Source: Balamuthia mandrillaris
Lineage: Eukaryota
Direction: 5' to 3'
Length of the DNA: 64,000 nt
Assembly (NCBI GenBank): GCA_031835245.2
Contig: JAVKOQ020000040.1
Coordinates: 124,001-188,000 of the forward strand
Under the pieces are notes generated by a model, which had not been told where the DNA came from, made no database searches, and saw only the letters and a program-made list of their open reading frames with translations. Positions 63,735-64,000 of the stretch are shown here, piece after piece (within the stretch, counting starts at the first letter, position 1; every line of letters starts with the position of its first letter). Position numbers and translations under genes: made by a program.

Positions 63735-63748
63735 AAGTGACGTCACTT
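63735..63748. promoter_or_regulatory. Perfect palindrome AAGTGACGTCACTT (CRE/ATF-like), upstream of kinesin-14
   Basis: The TGACGTCA core also occurs upstream of gene starts at 6314, 7799, 21944 and 38422. Confidence 0.45.
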
Positions 63749-63857
63749 ATTTGCGCTGTAACGGGCACAGCAGAGAGAAGCGAGAGCTTGTTCTTGTATA
63801 GGTGTTACTAGCAGATGGAGTCTGTCCTTTTTATTTGGAGGTGATGGAGTGGGTTGT

Positions 63858-64000
63858 TCACAAACCCAAGGCGGAACGTACTTGTTCCTTGTCCTCGGCG
63901 AATTGGTAGGCTTGCAGGACGACCTCCTCAAAGTTTTCGGGATCCACAAGGTTGGGATAGGTCAGCACAGCCGTCATGGTCTTTGCCTCACCAAAGTGTT
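63858..64000 (-). CDS. 3' end of an unidentified gene cut by the window edge
   Basis: Open frame HFGEAKTMTAVLTYPNLVDPENFEEVVLQAYQFAEDKEQVRSALGL* with coding-like composition. Confidence 0.5.
   Translation of the reverse strand, partial: HFGEAKTMTAVLTYPNLVDPENFEEVVLQAYQFAEDKEQVRSALGL

Overview
Gene-dense eukaryotic nuclear DNA. Short GT-AG introns packed with (GA)n, (TTC)n and (GTT)n microsatellites, low-complexity Ser/Glu/Gln-rich proteins, a hybrid histidine kinase and expanded receptor kinases suggest a free-living amoebozoan (Balamuthia/Acanthamoeba-like); this is inference only. I count about 21 intact or partial protein-coding loci plus one pseudogene: LRR protein, DCAF8-like WD40 protein, two membrane proteins, cytochrome P450, Fpg/Nei glycosylase, a charged low-complexity protein, an atypical Rab, SEC11, hybrid His kinase, three tandem receptor kinases, carboxylesterase, amino-acid transporter, MSH6, twin-CX9C protein, COMMD3-like, a PBZ/C2/PH protein, CCR4, kinesin-14 and one partial gene at the edge. 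There are three tRNA genes (two identical Gln-UUG, one Cys-GCA). Main findings: (1) a tandem array of three receptors joining an integrin-alpha-like FG-GAP ectodomain and a Calx-beta-like module to a TM helix and a kinase with tyrosine-kinase signatures ([16 protein letters not shown]), with mosaic identity between copies and one copy frameshifted; (2) a highly self-complementary non-coding region with a 44-bp stem between CCR4 and tRNA-Cys; (3) a decayed, intronless Crinkler-like REase + kinase locus; (4) a Rab with an N-myristoylation signal instead of C-terminal prenylation; (5) tRNA-Gln genes with A1-U72/G73; (6) recurring promoter palindromes TGTCGACA and TGACGTCA. Gene boundaries and splice sites were inferred by eye and no database search was run.
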